A DNA stretch of 64,000 nucleotides from Parcubacteria group bacterium M6-OD1-1 (GCA_003056085.1 LSNK01000001.1:8481-72480), one strand, 5' to 3'; shown: positions 52,113-62,222, counted from the first letter of the stretch. Program-made: numbers and translations. Notes: a model not told the origin generated them from the letters alone.

Positions 52113-53017
52113 TTATAACATTGAAGAGCCGCTTTCGCCCCCTCACCCGCTGCAATGACAGCTTGTCTTTCTTCTATGTCTGTTACATCTCCGGCCGCAA
52201 AAATTCCAGCTTTTGAAGTTGCATTTGTTCTTGGATTTATCACGATTTGCCCAAATTGATTTTTTTCACAAAAATCTCCCAAAAAATCAGTGTTTGGTAT
52301 GGAGCCGATAGAAACAAAAACTCCTGATACTTTCAACTCCTTATCTTCGTTGGATTCTTTGTCTTTGTAAATCAGAGAAGTTACAAATTGATCTCCTTTT
52401 ATTTCTTTTGTTTCAGCATTAAAAACAAATTCAACTTTTGATTCCTTTTTAAGTTTTTCATATGTTATCGGATCTCCTTTCACTTCACCTCTTACCAAAA
52501 TATAAATTTTATCGGCATATTTTGTAAGCTGCATAGCGGCATCAAGCGCTGTATTTCCCGCCCCCACCACAACAACATCTTTGCCGGAAAAAAGCGGTGC
52601 GTCACAGGTAGCGCAATATGTAACACCTTTATTGCTGAATTCTTCTTCTCCCGGGACTCCAAGTTTTCTTGGCTTTGCCCCCATCGCAAGTATTACAGAT
52701 TTTGCTTTAATTTTTTCTCCATCTTTATTTTCTAAAATAAAGAATTCTTTATCTTCTTCATTTTTTTCCAATTGTATTTTTTCTGCAACAAAACTTCTAA
52801 CTTCTGCTCCAAAGTCTGTTGCTTGTTTTCTAAAAACATCTAAAAGTTTAGCTCCGTTAAGATCGGTGTATCCCGGGTAATTCCAAATCTCAGGCTGCAA
52901 AGCCGTCTGACCTCCTTTTTCATGCTCCAAAACCAAAGTATTTAATTTTTTTCTTGACGCATAAATAGCTGCTGTCATTCCTGCGGCACCACCGCCAATA
53001 ATTAAAACATCGTACAT
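52091..53017 (-). CDS. trxB: Thioredoxin-disulfide reductase
   Basis: GGGAAG FAD motif; CATC redox centre. Confidence 0.9.
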   Translation of the reverse strand: MYDVLIIGGGAAGMTAAIYASRKKLNTLVLEHEKGGQTALQPEIWNYPGYTDLNGAKLLDVFRKQATDFGAEVRSFVAEKIQLEKNEEDKEFFILENKDGEKIKAKSVILAMGAKPRKLGVPGEEEFSNKGVTYCATCDAPLFSGKDVVVVGAGNTALDAAMQLTKYADKIYILVRGEVKGDPITYEKLKKESKVEFVFNAETKEIKGDQFVTSLIYKDKESNEDKELKVSGVFVSIGSIPNTDFLGDFCEKNQFGQIVINPRTNATSKAGIFAAGDVTDIEERQAVIAAGEGAKAALQCYKWLKSNH

Positions 53018-53151
53018 TTTGTTATACTTATCAGTTTATTAGAATGTTAGGATATTAGACATCTTATTGGGCTAAAATCCTAAAAAACTAAAAACTTTTA
53101 GATTTAAAAATAAAACTATCAACTATATAATATAAATTTTTTTAAATTTGA

Positions 53152-53250
53152 ATGCAGGTCGCAGCTAAAAAGGAAGAGCGATGGCGAGCCGTATTAAAAA
53201 TACGGTGAGCCGAGCGATGACTTTTTAGCAAGAGATGCGCCAAATATGGA
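53152..53250 (+). repeat. Dispersed structured repeat, copy C
   Basis: CAGGTCGCAGC...AAAAAGGAAGAGCGATGGCGA[GCCGTAT-TAAAAA-TACGGTG]AGCCGAGCGATGACTTTTTAGCAAGAGATGCGCCAAAT. It abuts the stop of the glutaredoxin-like gene. Confidence 0.7.
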
Positions 53251-53255
53251 AATAA

Positions 53256-53489
53256 TTACAACTTGAGTAATTCTTTCAACCTTTCCCCATCAAAACCGAC
53301 CATCATTTCATTATCAACAAAAATAACCGGGACACCCATTTGTCCGGATTTTTCAACCATTTCTTCTCTTGCTTTTTCATCTTCTGCAACATTAAAATCT
53401 GTATATTCTATTTTATTTTCATTTAAAAATTCTTTTGCCATTTTGCAATAAACACATGCAGGTGTTGAATATATTGTTACTTTTGCCAT
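53256..53489 (-). CDS. Glutaredoxin-like protein (NrdH/YruB type, CVYC)
   Basis: MAKVTIYSTPACVYCKMAKEFL thioredoxin-fold N-terminus. Confidence 0.8.
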   Translation of the reverse strand: MAKVTIYSTPACVYCKMAKEFLNENKIEYTDFNVAEDEKAREEMVEKSGQMGVPVIFVDNEMMVGFDGERLKELLKL

Positions 53490-53490
53490 C

Positions 53491-53530
53491 TTTATTAGCT
53501 TGTTAGCTTTTTAGCTTGTTAGCTTTTTAG
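53491..53530. repeat. Second copy of the 41-nt AGCTTGTTAGCTTTTT leader element
   Basis: Identical to 35898-35937. It abuts the start codon on the minus strand. Confidence 0.6.
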
Positions 53531-53770
53531 AAAAACTAACTGAACCATCAACCAACAAGGTTTTATTTAAATTATTATTGATTGTATTTTATCACATTGG
53601 ATAGTTATTGCAAATAATCTATCCATAAAAAAACCACCCATTAATCCGGGTGGTGGTTTTAAATTACGCAAACTTACGAAGTTCTTTTTCTACACGGTTT
53701 ACAGAGCGGCGGAAAGAAGATAGGTCTATCATGCCATGCACACTATTTCTTTCTTCTTTATAAATAAACT

Positions 53771-53858
53771 TTTCTCCATAAAATTTCCCACCGATGGCGA
53801 TTTAACTAAAATAGTTTATCCTTTTTGGGATGGTGTTGAGTCAAAAAGCAGCGTTATA
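53771..53858. repeat. ~88-bp inverted duplicate of an internal segment of the gene at 54367-55536 (matches 54816-54906 in reverse complement)
   Basis: Both copies encode FPTDGDLTKIVYPFWDG(V/I)ESKSSVIKRF. Confidence 0.7.
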
Positions 53859-54206
53859 AAAAGATTCTCTCATATTTCAAAAGACAAAAGAAAAATCATT
53901 ATCTATGATAATGGTACAGAATTTTCTTCTTTTAAATTCATTAAAAGGTATACAAAAATGATGATATACTTTGCATATCCTTATCATTCTTGAGAAAGAG
54001 GAACAAACGAGAATACAAATGGACTTTTAAGACAATTCTTTCCTAAAAAGAATCCTTTTGCTAATCTTAAACAATCTGATATTAAAAAAGTTGAAAAGCT
54101 CATTAACGGTAGACCCAAAAAGAGACATAACTATCTTAGTCTTTATGAAGTGTTTTATGAGAAAAGATGTTGCACTTTGGTTTAGAATTTAAGACTGTTT
54201 TAAGTA
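53859..54206 (+). pseudogene. IS30-family transposase, C-terminal remnant (degraded)
   Basis: IIYDNGTEFSS...YFAYPYHS*ERGTNENTNGLLRQFFPKKNPFANL...INGRPKKRHNYLSLYEVF matches the IS30 DDE C-terminus, but it is interrupted by a stop and a frameshift. No N-terminal part or inverted repeats were found. Confidence 0.65.
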
Positions 54207-54261
54207 CGCAGAATAAAATTTACCATGCCACACAATATAAAATTTTCAAAATTTAGTGCAA

Positions 54262-54352
54262 TTCGAGGAAAAGGTGAGGGGTGAAGTGAGCCGTATTAAA
54301 GATACGGCGAACGAACCCAGAAACTTTTGACGAAGAAGTGTGCGAATTTTGG
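54262..54352 (+). repeat. Dispersed structured repeat, copy D
   Basis: CGAGGAAAAGGTGAGGGGTGAAGTGA[GCCGTAT-TAAAG-ATACGGC]GAACGAACCC...TTTTGACGAAGAAGTGTGCGAATTTT. It abuts the stop of the gene at 54367. Confidence 0.7.
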
Positions 54353-54366
54353 AAATTTTAAGAACT

Positions 54367-55536
54367 TTAAAGTTCTATAATCAAAACTTCATCATAATCA
54401 TTTCTCGGCGACCACATCAACCAGCCTGTATTCTCCTTCCCCAAAACATCATAAGTTGCTTTTATCTGCGCCTCAATCATCGCCGGTGTATATTCAGCTC
54501 CAAGATCAAACACTTGAATCCAAGGTCTTATTTTTGGTTTTGCTTCTTCTTTTTTTTCTCCTAAAGAATCAAGTCCTTGATCTAAAGTAAGACTAACAAC
54601 CTCATAAGGGTAATCGGCCGGATTTTGAAATCCAAAATTCCCAGCACCAAAATGAGACGGATAAACCATTGGATATATATAATCAAAATTATCAAGCATA
54701 TCCACCAATTTCTGACCTATTCCCAAACCATCTCCTCTTAAAAAAGTATATCCAAAAATATCCAAAGAAAGTTTAATGTCTTTATCGTATTCTTTTAACT
54801 TCTCTTTTGAATATGCTCCAAATCTTTTTATAACGCTGCTTTTTGACTCAATGCCATCCCAAAAAGGATAAACTATTTTAGTTAAATCGCCATCGGTGGG
54901 AAATCTTATATAATCATAATTTATTTCATCAAATCCAACATCAATCGCTCTTTTTGCTATTTTAATATTATGATCCCAAGCTCCTTTTGATGCCGGATCA
55001 GACCAAGCATAACCTCTCCTGTCACGCCATATGCTTCCGTCTGATTTTTTCAAAGAGAACTCCGGGCTTGTTTTTGCCAAACCGCTATCTTGAAAAACAA
55101 CTACTCTTGCTATTGTATATATATTTTTCTTATGCAAGTCATCTATAATTTCTTTAAGATTGCTTATTTTATCAAAAATCAACTCTCCATCAGAACCTTT
55201 AACGTCAATAACGATACTGTTTAAGTCGGTACTCTCCATAAGTTTCAAAAAATACTCTCTTTTGTTTTTTGAACTTATACTCCACATAGTGGAATACACC
55301 GCACGCATAACATTCGGAGTTTTTACACGAGATACACTAACCTTCTCTTCCAAAACCTCTTTTTTTGCTGATTTTCCTTCTTCTTTTTTTCTATCATTGG
55401 TTTCCACTAAAACTGAAGCACCTGTATCCCGATAAACAAACTTGTGGCTTGTTATGTCCGGCTTGCTATACAAAAAAACTCCGGCAAAAACTCCCGTCAA
55501 AATCAATCCCAACAATAAAACATAACCATTTTTCAC
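54367..55536 (-). CDS. Putative glycoside-hydrolase-like protein (DUF4015-like), membrane-anchored
   Basis: N-terminal TM segment; conserved IDVK...NYDYIRFPTDGDL...YPMVYPSHF pattern; assignment tentative. Confidence 0.5.
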   Translation of the reverse strand: MKNGYVLLLGLILTGVFAGVFLYSKPDITSHKFVYRDTGASVLVETNDRKKEEGKSAKKEVLEEKVSVSRVKTPNVMRAVYSTMWSISSKNKREYFLKLMESTDLNSIVIDVKGSDGELIFDKISNLKEIIDDLHKKNIYTIARVVVFQDSGLAKTSPEFSLKKSDGSIWRDRRGYAWSDPASKGAWDHNIKIAKRAIDVGFDEINYDYIRFPTDGDLTKIVYPFWDGIESKSSVIKRFGAYSKEKLKEYDKDIKLSLDIFGYTFLRGDGLGIGQKLVDMLDNFDYIYPMVYPSHFGAGNFGFQNPADYPYEVVSLTLDQGLDSLGEKKEEAKPKIRPWIQVFDLGAEYTPAMIEAQIKATYDVLGKENTGWLMWSPRNDYDEVLIIEL

Positions 55537-55541
55537 TTCTA

Positions 55542-56111
55542 TTATTTTTTAATTCTCAATTCTACTTCTTCCCAGCTTATATTTTTCATAAAAGCATCTA
55601 TGTAACTTTTTTTATCCATTTTATAATCTAAAATAAAAGCATGCTCAAATACATCCATCACCAAAAGAGGTGTCGTTCCAGCGAGATACCCCAAGTCATG
55701 TTCATTTATCCAAATATTAAACAACCCATCACTGTCTTTGTCATAACACAAAACAGACCAGCCAATACCGCGCATTCCGCCTGTTGCCTTAAAATCTTCC
55801 TCCCATTTTTCAAATGACCCAAATTTTTCCACTATTTTTTTATAAATATCGCTCTCCTCATTAACCAAAACAGCATCTTTTTTTAGGTTGCCAAAATAAA
55901 GCTCATGCAAACGCATGCCATTAAACTCCCAACCAAAACGACGTTTTAATTCAGCATATTCCGGAGTTCCTGTCTTTACTTCAAAAGAAAGTTCGCCAAA
56001 TTTATTTACATTTAAAACATATCCTTCATAAAGCTTGAAATGATTTTTAAGCAAGTCATCACTAAAACCTTCCATCCCTAATAAATTATTGTATTTTTTT
56101 GCTTCGTACAT
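55542..56111 (-). CDS. Fe/Mn superoxide dismutase-like protein (divergent)
   Basis: C-terminal DVFEHAFILDY and GIGWSVLCY match SOD DVWEHAYY and GSGWAWL. Some N-terminal His ligands are not obvious. Confidence 0.6.
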   Translation of the reverse strand: MYEAKKYNNLLGMEGFSDDLLKNHFKLYEGYVLNVNKFGELSFEVKTGTPEYAELKRRFGWEFNGMRLHELYFGNLKKDAVLVNEESDIYKKIVEKFGSFEKWEEDFKATGGMRGIGWSVLCYDKDSDGLFNIWINEHDLGYLAGTTPLLVMDVFEHAFILDYKMDKKSYIDAFMKNISWEEVELRIKK

Positions 56112-56217
56112 AATAATATGAATTTCTAATAAGATTCTAATAACATAATTTTAAAACATTCAAGATTCTTAAATTTAAAATTGATTTAAAATTAAAAATT
56201 AGAAATTAAAAATTAAA

Positions 56218-57447
56218 TTAATTAATAATGTCCTTTAAATTAAAATTAACATCATTTAATTTATCAAGATAAGACGATAAGTCCATCCTCCTGTCTATCA
56301 GCATTGTAATAATTCCTTTCTCTTTATTCATATTAATCTGAGTAGCTCCCACAAGTATATTATTTCTTAAAAACAGCTGTTCGTACTCTTTATTTTCCAA
56401 ATTACCGCGTTTTACAACCTTGGTGTTTTTGTCTTTTTTTACATCGCCGATAAAAGATATGTTCAAACCAAAATTTACAACATTATACCCTGAAACATGA
56501 CGACACAAAGTTTTTTCTCCTACCATATTCAACCCGGCAATCTTCCCCTGTAAAAATGCTGCCGCCCAGTTTCTAAATAGATAATACTTTTCTAAAACAA
56601 CATCGTAAAATTCAGCCACATCTCCCGCCGCAAAAACATCGGGTACATTTGCTTCCAAATATTCATTTACAACAACCCCTTCCCTTGTCTTAATAAGAGA
56701 GTTCTCCAAAAACTTTGTATTTCTTTCAATCCCGATAGCAAAAACCAGCAAGTCAAAAGAATAGACATTTCCTTTTTTGGTTATTACGTTTTTTAGAACA
56801 TCATCTCTTTTGATTTTTTCAATCTCTTCGTTAAAAAATAAAGAAACTCCCGCTTCCTTAAGATTCTCTTCTATTATTTTATTTGAAGCATCATCAAACG
56901 CTCCACCCAAAAAAGAACACCCTCGTATTAAAAGCGAAACCTCTATGCCGTTTTTTAAAAAAGCCTCTGCAAGCTCAATGGCATTGAAACTTCCCCCAAC
57001 TAAAATAATTTTTTTAACTTCGGGAATTTTTTCTTTCAGTTTTTCTGCATCATCTATATTTTGAAAATAAAAAACATCGGGACCTTCAAAATCTGAAATA
57101 TCTATTTTTTTTGGTTTGGCTCCTGTTGCTATTAAAAGTTTTTCATAAAAAATTTCTTTTTTATCATCAAAAATTATTCTTTTCTCTTTCGTGTTTACAC
57201 TTACTGCATTATTTCCAAAAAATACATTTATATTTTTCTCTTTATAATTTTTTTCTTTCCTTAAAAAAACATCTTCTTTTTTTGCCGTTCCCTCAAGATA
57301 GTTTGGCAAAAGAACCCTTGAATATAAAGGATATTTTTCATTTCCTAAAATGGCAATGGAGCCCTCAATATCTTTTCCTCTTATGGTTTCAGCCGCCGTT
57401 GTCCCCGCTATACCACCGCCTATTATCAAATATTTGTATTTGTCCAT
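56218..57447 (-). CDS. FAD-dependent pyridine nucleotide-disulfide oxidoreductase (NADH oxidase / CoA-disulfide reductase-like)
   Basis: MDKYKYLIIGGGIAGTTAAE FAD dinucleotide motif; second Rossmann motif ILVGGSFNAIE. Confidence 0.8.
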   Translation of the reverse strand: MDKYKYLIIGGGIAGTTAAETIRGKDIEGSIAILGNEKYPLYSRVLLPNYLEGTAKKEDVFLRKEKNYKEKNINVFFGNNAVSVNTKEKRIIFDDKKEIFYEKLLIATGAKPKKIDISDFEGPDVFYFQNIDDAEKLKEKIPEVKKIILVGGSFNAIELAEAFLKNGIEVSLLIRGCSFLGGAFDDASNKIIEENLKEAGVSLFFNEEIEKIKRDDVLKNVITKKGNVYSFDLLVFAIGIERNTKFLENSLIKTREGVVVNEYLEANVPDVFAAGDVAEFYDVVLEKYYLFRNWAAAFLQGKIAGLNMVGEKTLCRHVSGYNVVNFGLNISFIGDVKKDKNTKVVKRGNLENKEYEQLFLRNNILVGATQINMNKEKGIITMLIDRRMDLSSYLDKLNDVNFNLKDIIN

Positions 57448-57646
57448 GATGCTTATCATATCACAAACCAAAGCTCTCTTGCAAAAAAGCTTATAAAAAA
57501 ACAAACCCGGCAATTGCCGGGTTTTTATCTGATTATTTATAAATGATACAAAAAGGAAGAAGCATGTTTGTATAATGAATATGCTTGTAGTGCAGTATAA
57601 AAAAGCCCTTTCTGTATTTACAGAAAGGGCTTAAAGAATTGAACGA

Positions 57647-57916
57647 TTACTGGTTTACAAAACTAAAATGTTCGGTTTTCTTGTTTTTGCGATGCGCCTT
57701 AATTACATTTCCTGAAAAATGAATCTTTTCGGAACGCAATGGTTGACACAATTGTAGTTCGCGCATTTTGGACACCTTCTCGCATTTAGAAGAGTCAAAC
57801 AATTGTTTACCGTTAAAAACTGGGCGAAACTCACTTTGTCTTTGCCCAGCATTAGCGAATGAAACAGTTAGCGACGCAACAAAAGAAAGAACAACAATAA
57901 AAAATATAGAACGCAT
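57647..57916 (-). CDS. Small secreted protein (signal peptide), hypothetical; higher GC
   Basis: MRSIFFIVVLSFVASLTVSFANA signal peptide. Confidence 0.5.
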   Translation of the reverse strand: MRSIFFIVVLSFVASLTVSFANAGQRQSEFRPVFNGKQLFDSSKCEKVSKMRELQLCQPLRSEKIHFSGNVIKAHRKNKKTEHFSFVNQ

Positions 57917-57981
57917 AAACTTCTCCTTTTAGGATTTGGATTGATTGGTGTTTTGTAAAATACAAAACACCAATATGACAA

Positions 57982-58998
57982 TTAATACAACTGGTTCCAG
58001 TCAAGCCACTGCCAGCTTGTCCATTGACCAAGATCGGGATCGTAGTAGGCAGTATTTCGCATTAGCGGGTTACTTCTATTTGTTAATTGGTTCACATATG
58101 CGGTACGCCCATCAGAAAATTTAAACTGCATCCAATGTATATCCCATGCAGAGTCAACACTCCATGGAGCCTCCTTTCCATATGTATTCACATTAACTTC
58201 TGCAAATCTCGGATCATTTTCAACTGCACGAATCATATCCAACCGAGCACGATCGTCTTGGTAGTTATTACGTGGTACTGGAATATGCAATGTGGAGCCA
58301 CTCACGTTTGAAGAAACAGCATATTGACGCCCATTCTCGAAAAAGTTATTGTCAATATCGTAGTAATAATACCACGATCCACCGTTTTCATATAACAAAT
58401 GATGCACGTCCATCCATCCCGCTTCAATTGCTTTCTTGAGCGACTTTCGTTCATTATTCCACTCAATATATGCTGTTGAAGATGGTGCGTTCCCAGACAT
58501 TGTGAATATCGTGTAGTATCCGCCAGTAGCAGCCGAGTACACAATTTCATCCCGACGATCATCAACAACAAGTGATGGAGCACGATACTTCAAAGCCTCA
58601 CTAACAGTCAGAGGGTTTTTGTAGGAATTCTCGGTAAGGCTAACTGAGCTATCCCATTGACCCTCCCAGTGCAAATGAGCAGGCCATCCTCCAGTGCCAC
58701 CAAGATAAGCAACCTCTTGCCCAGGATAAACCGTAACACCATTTCCTATTCCAGATGCAAAACCGTTCAAGTGAAAATATCCACTATCCCAAGTCTGTAC
58801 CCCATTTGAACCATGGGCATAAGGAAAGGAGTATCTGATATAAAGCTTATATCCGCCGGCAGAATTATTTACATCGTCTTTCCAGGAAACTTTCCCGTCA
58901 GCGATAGCAAATAAAGGATAGCCTGCATCTGTGTCTCCACCACAATTACCATTCCAATCCTCGCCCATATGATAGCCATAACCTACATTCAAATCCAT
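57982..58998 (-). CDS. M23 family metallopeptidase (LytM-like), secreted; the true start is probably the ATG at 59180-59182 after correcting a frameshift in the T8/A8 run at 59154-59161
   Basis: HxxxD...HLH motifs (YGYHMGEDWNG, GGWPAHLHWEG). The upstream frame gives MNIKSFFFFCIASLGVFLIGSANA signal peptide when the run is 7 nt. Confidence 0.8.
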   Translation of the reverse strand: MDLNVGYGYHMGEDWNGNCGGDTDAGYPLFAIADGKVSWKDDVNNSAGGYKLYIRYSFPYAHGSNGVQTWDSGYFHLNGFASGIGNGVTVYPGQEVAYLGGTGGWPAHLHWEGQWDSSVSLTENSYKNPLTVSEALKYRAPSLVVDDRRDEIVYSAATGGYYTIFTMSGNAPSSTAYIEWNNERKSLKKAIEAGWMDVHHLLYENGGSWYYYYDIDNNFFENGRQYAVSSNVSGSTLHIPVPRNNYQDDRARLDMIRAVENDPRFAEVNVNTYGKEAPWSVDSAWDIHWMQFKFSDGRTAYVNQLTNRSNPLMRNTAYYDPDLGQWTSWQWLDWNQLY

Positions 58999-59291
58999 AT
59001 GGTATTGTGCCTGGTAATATCCAGGGGTTCCGCAATTTGGACCTGTTTGATTTGGGTTATAGGGTAAAACAAAAGACCCAGCAGTTGGGGAGGTTGGCGT
59101 TATCGGACCTGCATTTGCAGAGCCAATTAAAAAAACGCCGAGGCTGGCGATACAAAAAAAAGAAGAATGATTTTATATTCATTCTATATCTCCTATATTG
59201 TTTATGTTAAAGTACAAGACCGATTGCCAATCAATCGGTCTTGAGATAATAACATAATAATTATACTTCTTGCAACGCTTTTAGTTGTGGA

Positions 59292-59951
59292 TTACTTTAT
59301 AAGACTGAAGGATAATAACATCTTTTCAAGAACGCTAGTTCTGTATTCATCTGTTGATGGCACATAAAAAGAAATTCTATAATTACCAACATCAAGAACA
59401 TATGTTTTTGATATCTCCCTCGTATCAGGATAAGGATAATGCTCATCCCACACTCCCAATTTAACATCAAAAATCAACCCACTAACTCCATCAACAACTA
59501 TCTCATTTCTTAGAACCTTATCTTTTAGATCTGCATCTTTTATAAAATCATCAAGAGTGGATTTTGATGAGAAAAAATAGACTCCTCCATCATCATTAGC
59601 ACCTTTTTTATCAGGAGGAATAACTACAAAAGGCTCTGAATCGTCATTAATAACCCAATCCCTTGGATAGTTGATTTCAAACCCAAACTCTTCATTTCTA
59701 TAAGTCTGCCAGTCGCTCGTATCAATAGTATTATTAGGAAAAGAAAGTTCTTTAAAATCGCCACCTATCATAGTTTCAGAAATCCGCTCAACTGGTTTAA
59801 AGTCTATTATTCCATATTCTTGTTGCTGTGGCGGACTAGTAATAACATTTGGATTTGTAGATTTTTTATTATCATCCTCAAGCAGGAATAATCCCAAAAT
59901 TCCAACAATCCCAATAAAAACAAGTATTAAAATAATATTTTTTATATTCAT
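59292..59951 (-). CDS. Hypothetical membrane-anchored/secreted protein
   Basis: N-terminal TM anchor. Confidence 0.55.
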   Translation of the reverse strand: MNIKNIILILVFIGIVGILGLFLLEDDNKKSTNPNVITSPPQQQEYGIIDFKPVERISETMIGGDFKELSFPNNTIDTSDWQTYRNEEFGFEINYPRDWVINDDSEPFVVIPPDKKGANDDGGVYFFSSKSTLDDFIKDADLKDKVLRNEIVVDGVSGLIFDVKLGVWDEHYPYPDTREISKTYVLDVGNYRISFYVPSTDEYRTSVLEKMLLSFSLIK

Positions 59952-60404
59952 TGCGTTTAATTTAGCATAAACTTATTCACAAAAGCAAATAGTACTAGCT
60001 ATTTTAACAATTGTTTCAAGTGTTAGGTTTTATTTAATTGCGGGCCCAGCAGGCTCCCGTTTTATCCAAGGGAATAAAGGTGTCAGGAACCTTTTTTAGA
60101 TATTACCCACCAATACTTTAACTATACCAGAATCAACTTAAAATAAAAACTCCATATTTAACTCTATAATTAATTATAGGTGAATAAAGGTGTTAAGAGT
60201 TAACGGGATCAGGAACCTTTTTTTACCAATCTATTATATTTTATATGTTACTCCCACGGCATATTCTAGTCAAACAAAAAAAGCCGACAACTTGCATTGT
60301 CGCCTGCCCTTTCTTTCGTTGCTCGTGTCGAAGCGAGGCACGCCCCAACCGAGTTTTATTTTAATTTTAGACTTTTTACACTTCGTTGAACTAATAAAAC
60401 ACCC

Positions 60405-60445
60405 AAAAAAACCCTTCCTTTACAAAGGAAGGGTTTTCAAAAAAA
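60405..60445. terminator. Bidirectional terminator (CCCTTCCTTTACAAAGGAAGGG flanked by A/T runs)
   Basis: Perfect palindrome immediately 3' of the gene ending at 60446. Confidence 0.7.
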
Positions 60446-61114
60446 TTACTTACCATTTACAGATTGACCTAATAAACGTTTATAGCTGTTGAAATCTTTA
60501 CTGTGAATAATATCAGCTTGAGGCAATACCTCTTTTTTATATGCTTCCTGTAGCCCTCTAATTCTGTTATCTACCTTATCATCTTTTCCATATTGATACT
60601 CAAAATTTGGATTATTACTAATCAAGAGTCTAGAGTTAGGATGCAAAATCAGAAAATGCATATCCTGTTCTTTCCAGTGGCGACTAGCTAACAAGTAAGT
60701 GCTGCCTTCTTTTAGTAGCCCCATATTATTTGACTCATCCTGTGCCCCATTTACTAAATTTAACCTTCCATTTTTATAACCTCCTTGATGTAATACTGTA
60801 ATACGCCCTACAATATCTCCTTTAATATTGTATTTTACCTCTGCTTCATATTTAGTAAATGGGATTCCATCCAAGACAACATATTCTGTCTGTTTAATGA
60901 TTTTTGCCACATAAACATTATGGGAAGCGCCAACTAATTCTTCATCAACAGAAAAATCTCCAATGTTCACAAATGACATGCCATAGCTCACACCTGGTAA
61001 TTTAATTAAATTGGCTCTTAGAGACAGCGCCATCGCTATGGATAAAGCAAGAATTATAGCAATTACTGCCACCCAACTCCAATTAATATTTGTCTTCTTG
61101 ATAATATTCATCAT
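60446..61114 (-). CDS. Hypothetical membrane-anchored protein
   Basis: N-terminal TM anchor; no motif recognised. Confidence 0.55.
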   Translation of the reverse strand: MMNIIKKTNINWSWVAVIAIILALSIAMALSLRANLIKLPGVSYGMSFVNIGDFSVDEELVGASHNVYVAKIIKQTEYVVLDGIPFTKYEAEVKYNIKGDIVGRITVLHQGGYKNGRLNLVNGAQDESNNMGLLKEGSTYLLASRHWKEQDMHFLILHPNSRLLISNNPNFEYQYGKDDKVDNRIRGLQEAYKKEVLPQADIIHSKDFNSYKRLLGQSVNGK

Positions 61115-61144
61115 ATTTTAATGTAAACACTTAATATTTATAAA

Positions 61145-61672
61145 GTTAATTCCAAAGATGATTATAATCACAAGCATCAGCAGAGCTCGGTGTTACAGTG
61201 GTAAGATATTGCCATGGATCCATTACATAGTCATTGCCAGTTCTATGATCTAAGCCTAATGCACATGCCCTAACTCATGAGAAACTATGTGAGCACGATT
61301 ACCATACGAACCTCCATCCATATAATACTTATTCAGTGTTAGGCTGTCAGAACCAAAATAATCATAATCATAAGCGCCCCACCAACCCAAATAATAATTA
61401 TCTACATCGCCTAAAGTTAAATCTTGATAAGTATATATATTATCTGGCGCTATATTAACAGCCCCAAGATTATTCCATGCATCAACAGAATCACCCCATT
61501 CCCATGAGTACTGAGTAGATCCTCCCCATCTAATTTCTCCAGCATCAACAGCATTTTCTCCAGCTGGTGTCAGATAATGAGTACCACAAGGGTAGTGTGC
61601 CTCCGCAATACTGCCTGCCATTACCAAGCCTACAAACAAAAATACTATAAATAACTTATTTAAATAAATCAT
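61145..61672 (-). pseudogene. Snapalysin-like (M7) / metzincin secreted zinc protease, frameshifted near 61256-61262
   Basis: Signal peptide, then ...RAHIVSHELGHVH* in one frame and GLDHRTGNDYVMDPWQYLTTVTPSSADACDYNHLWN in the next. Joined, they give HELGHVLGLDH, the HEXXHXXGXXH metzincin motif. Confidence 0.6.
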
Positions 61673-61949
61673 ATTTAATATAAAATTTAAATTATTAATA
61701 CAATTTAATAATAATAATTTTTATTAAATAAGTAAAAAATTTATGTGGATAATTTTTTAAAATATAAATAAAATAAAGTTTAAGTTTTTTATCTACACTC
61801 TCATACCACAACAGTTAATAGTTCCTATAATCTATACGCTGTATTACAACAAAACTGCGCTCAACAATCCAATGGCTTTTTCTAATAGCCGTCTTTTTAG
61901 ACAATCCAAGTCATTGGATTGAGTGCACCAAAGGCGGCTATTTGAGTTT

Positions 61950-62165
61950 TTTACATATTCAGACTCGGCGGAAACAAAACCGAAAATTTCCTTTCATTTT
62001 TTTTGCGGCTCCCCCACACCCCCGCCGAAAGCATAATCGGCAAGGAAATTTTCGGTTTTGTCCGCCCGAGCTTTACGAAGGGCGGGTGAGGCGCGCAGAG
62101 TTAGGAAATCGGAGCGGAAGATATTGTCTGGAGCTACATCAAAACTCGAAGCGCTCCGAATTCGT
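61950..62165 (-). ncRNA. Candidate structured RNA / att-associated structured region (GC-rich island), unknown class
   Basis: An 18-bp stem (AAAACCGAAAATTTCCTT / AAGGAAATTTTCGGTTTT), plus CCGCCC..GGGCGG and CGGAGCG..CGCTCCG stems. It lies adjacent to a tRNA-Trp 3' fragment. Confidence 0.3.
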
Positions 62166-62167
62166 TG

Positions 62168-62222
62168 TGGTGGGCCCGGCAGGACTTGAACCTGCAGTCC
62201 TGGTTTTGGAGACCAATTGGGG
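62168..62222 (-). other. tRNA-Trp 3' fragment (anticodon arm CCA + T-arm + acceptor 3' strand with encoded CCA), no 5' half
   Basis: Reverse complement TTGGTCTCCAAAACCAGGACTGCAGGTTCAAGTCCTGCCGGGCCCACCA. It shares GGTCTCCAAAACC with the intact tRNA-Trp 420 bp upstream. Confidence 0.6.

Noticed and set aside
61950-62222. Possibility that the tRNA-Trp-like 3' piece plus the downstream GC-rich region form a permuted (two-piece) tmRNA.
   Set aside because: No GGGCCCG acceptor 5' strand, no tag ORF ending in Ala-Ala-stop, and no pseudoknot pattern typical of tmRNA could be found downstream. It is more simply explained as an att-site tRNA fragment plus an unknown structured region.
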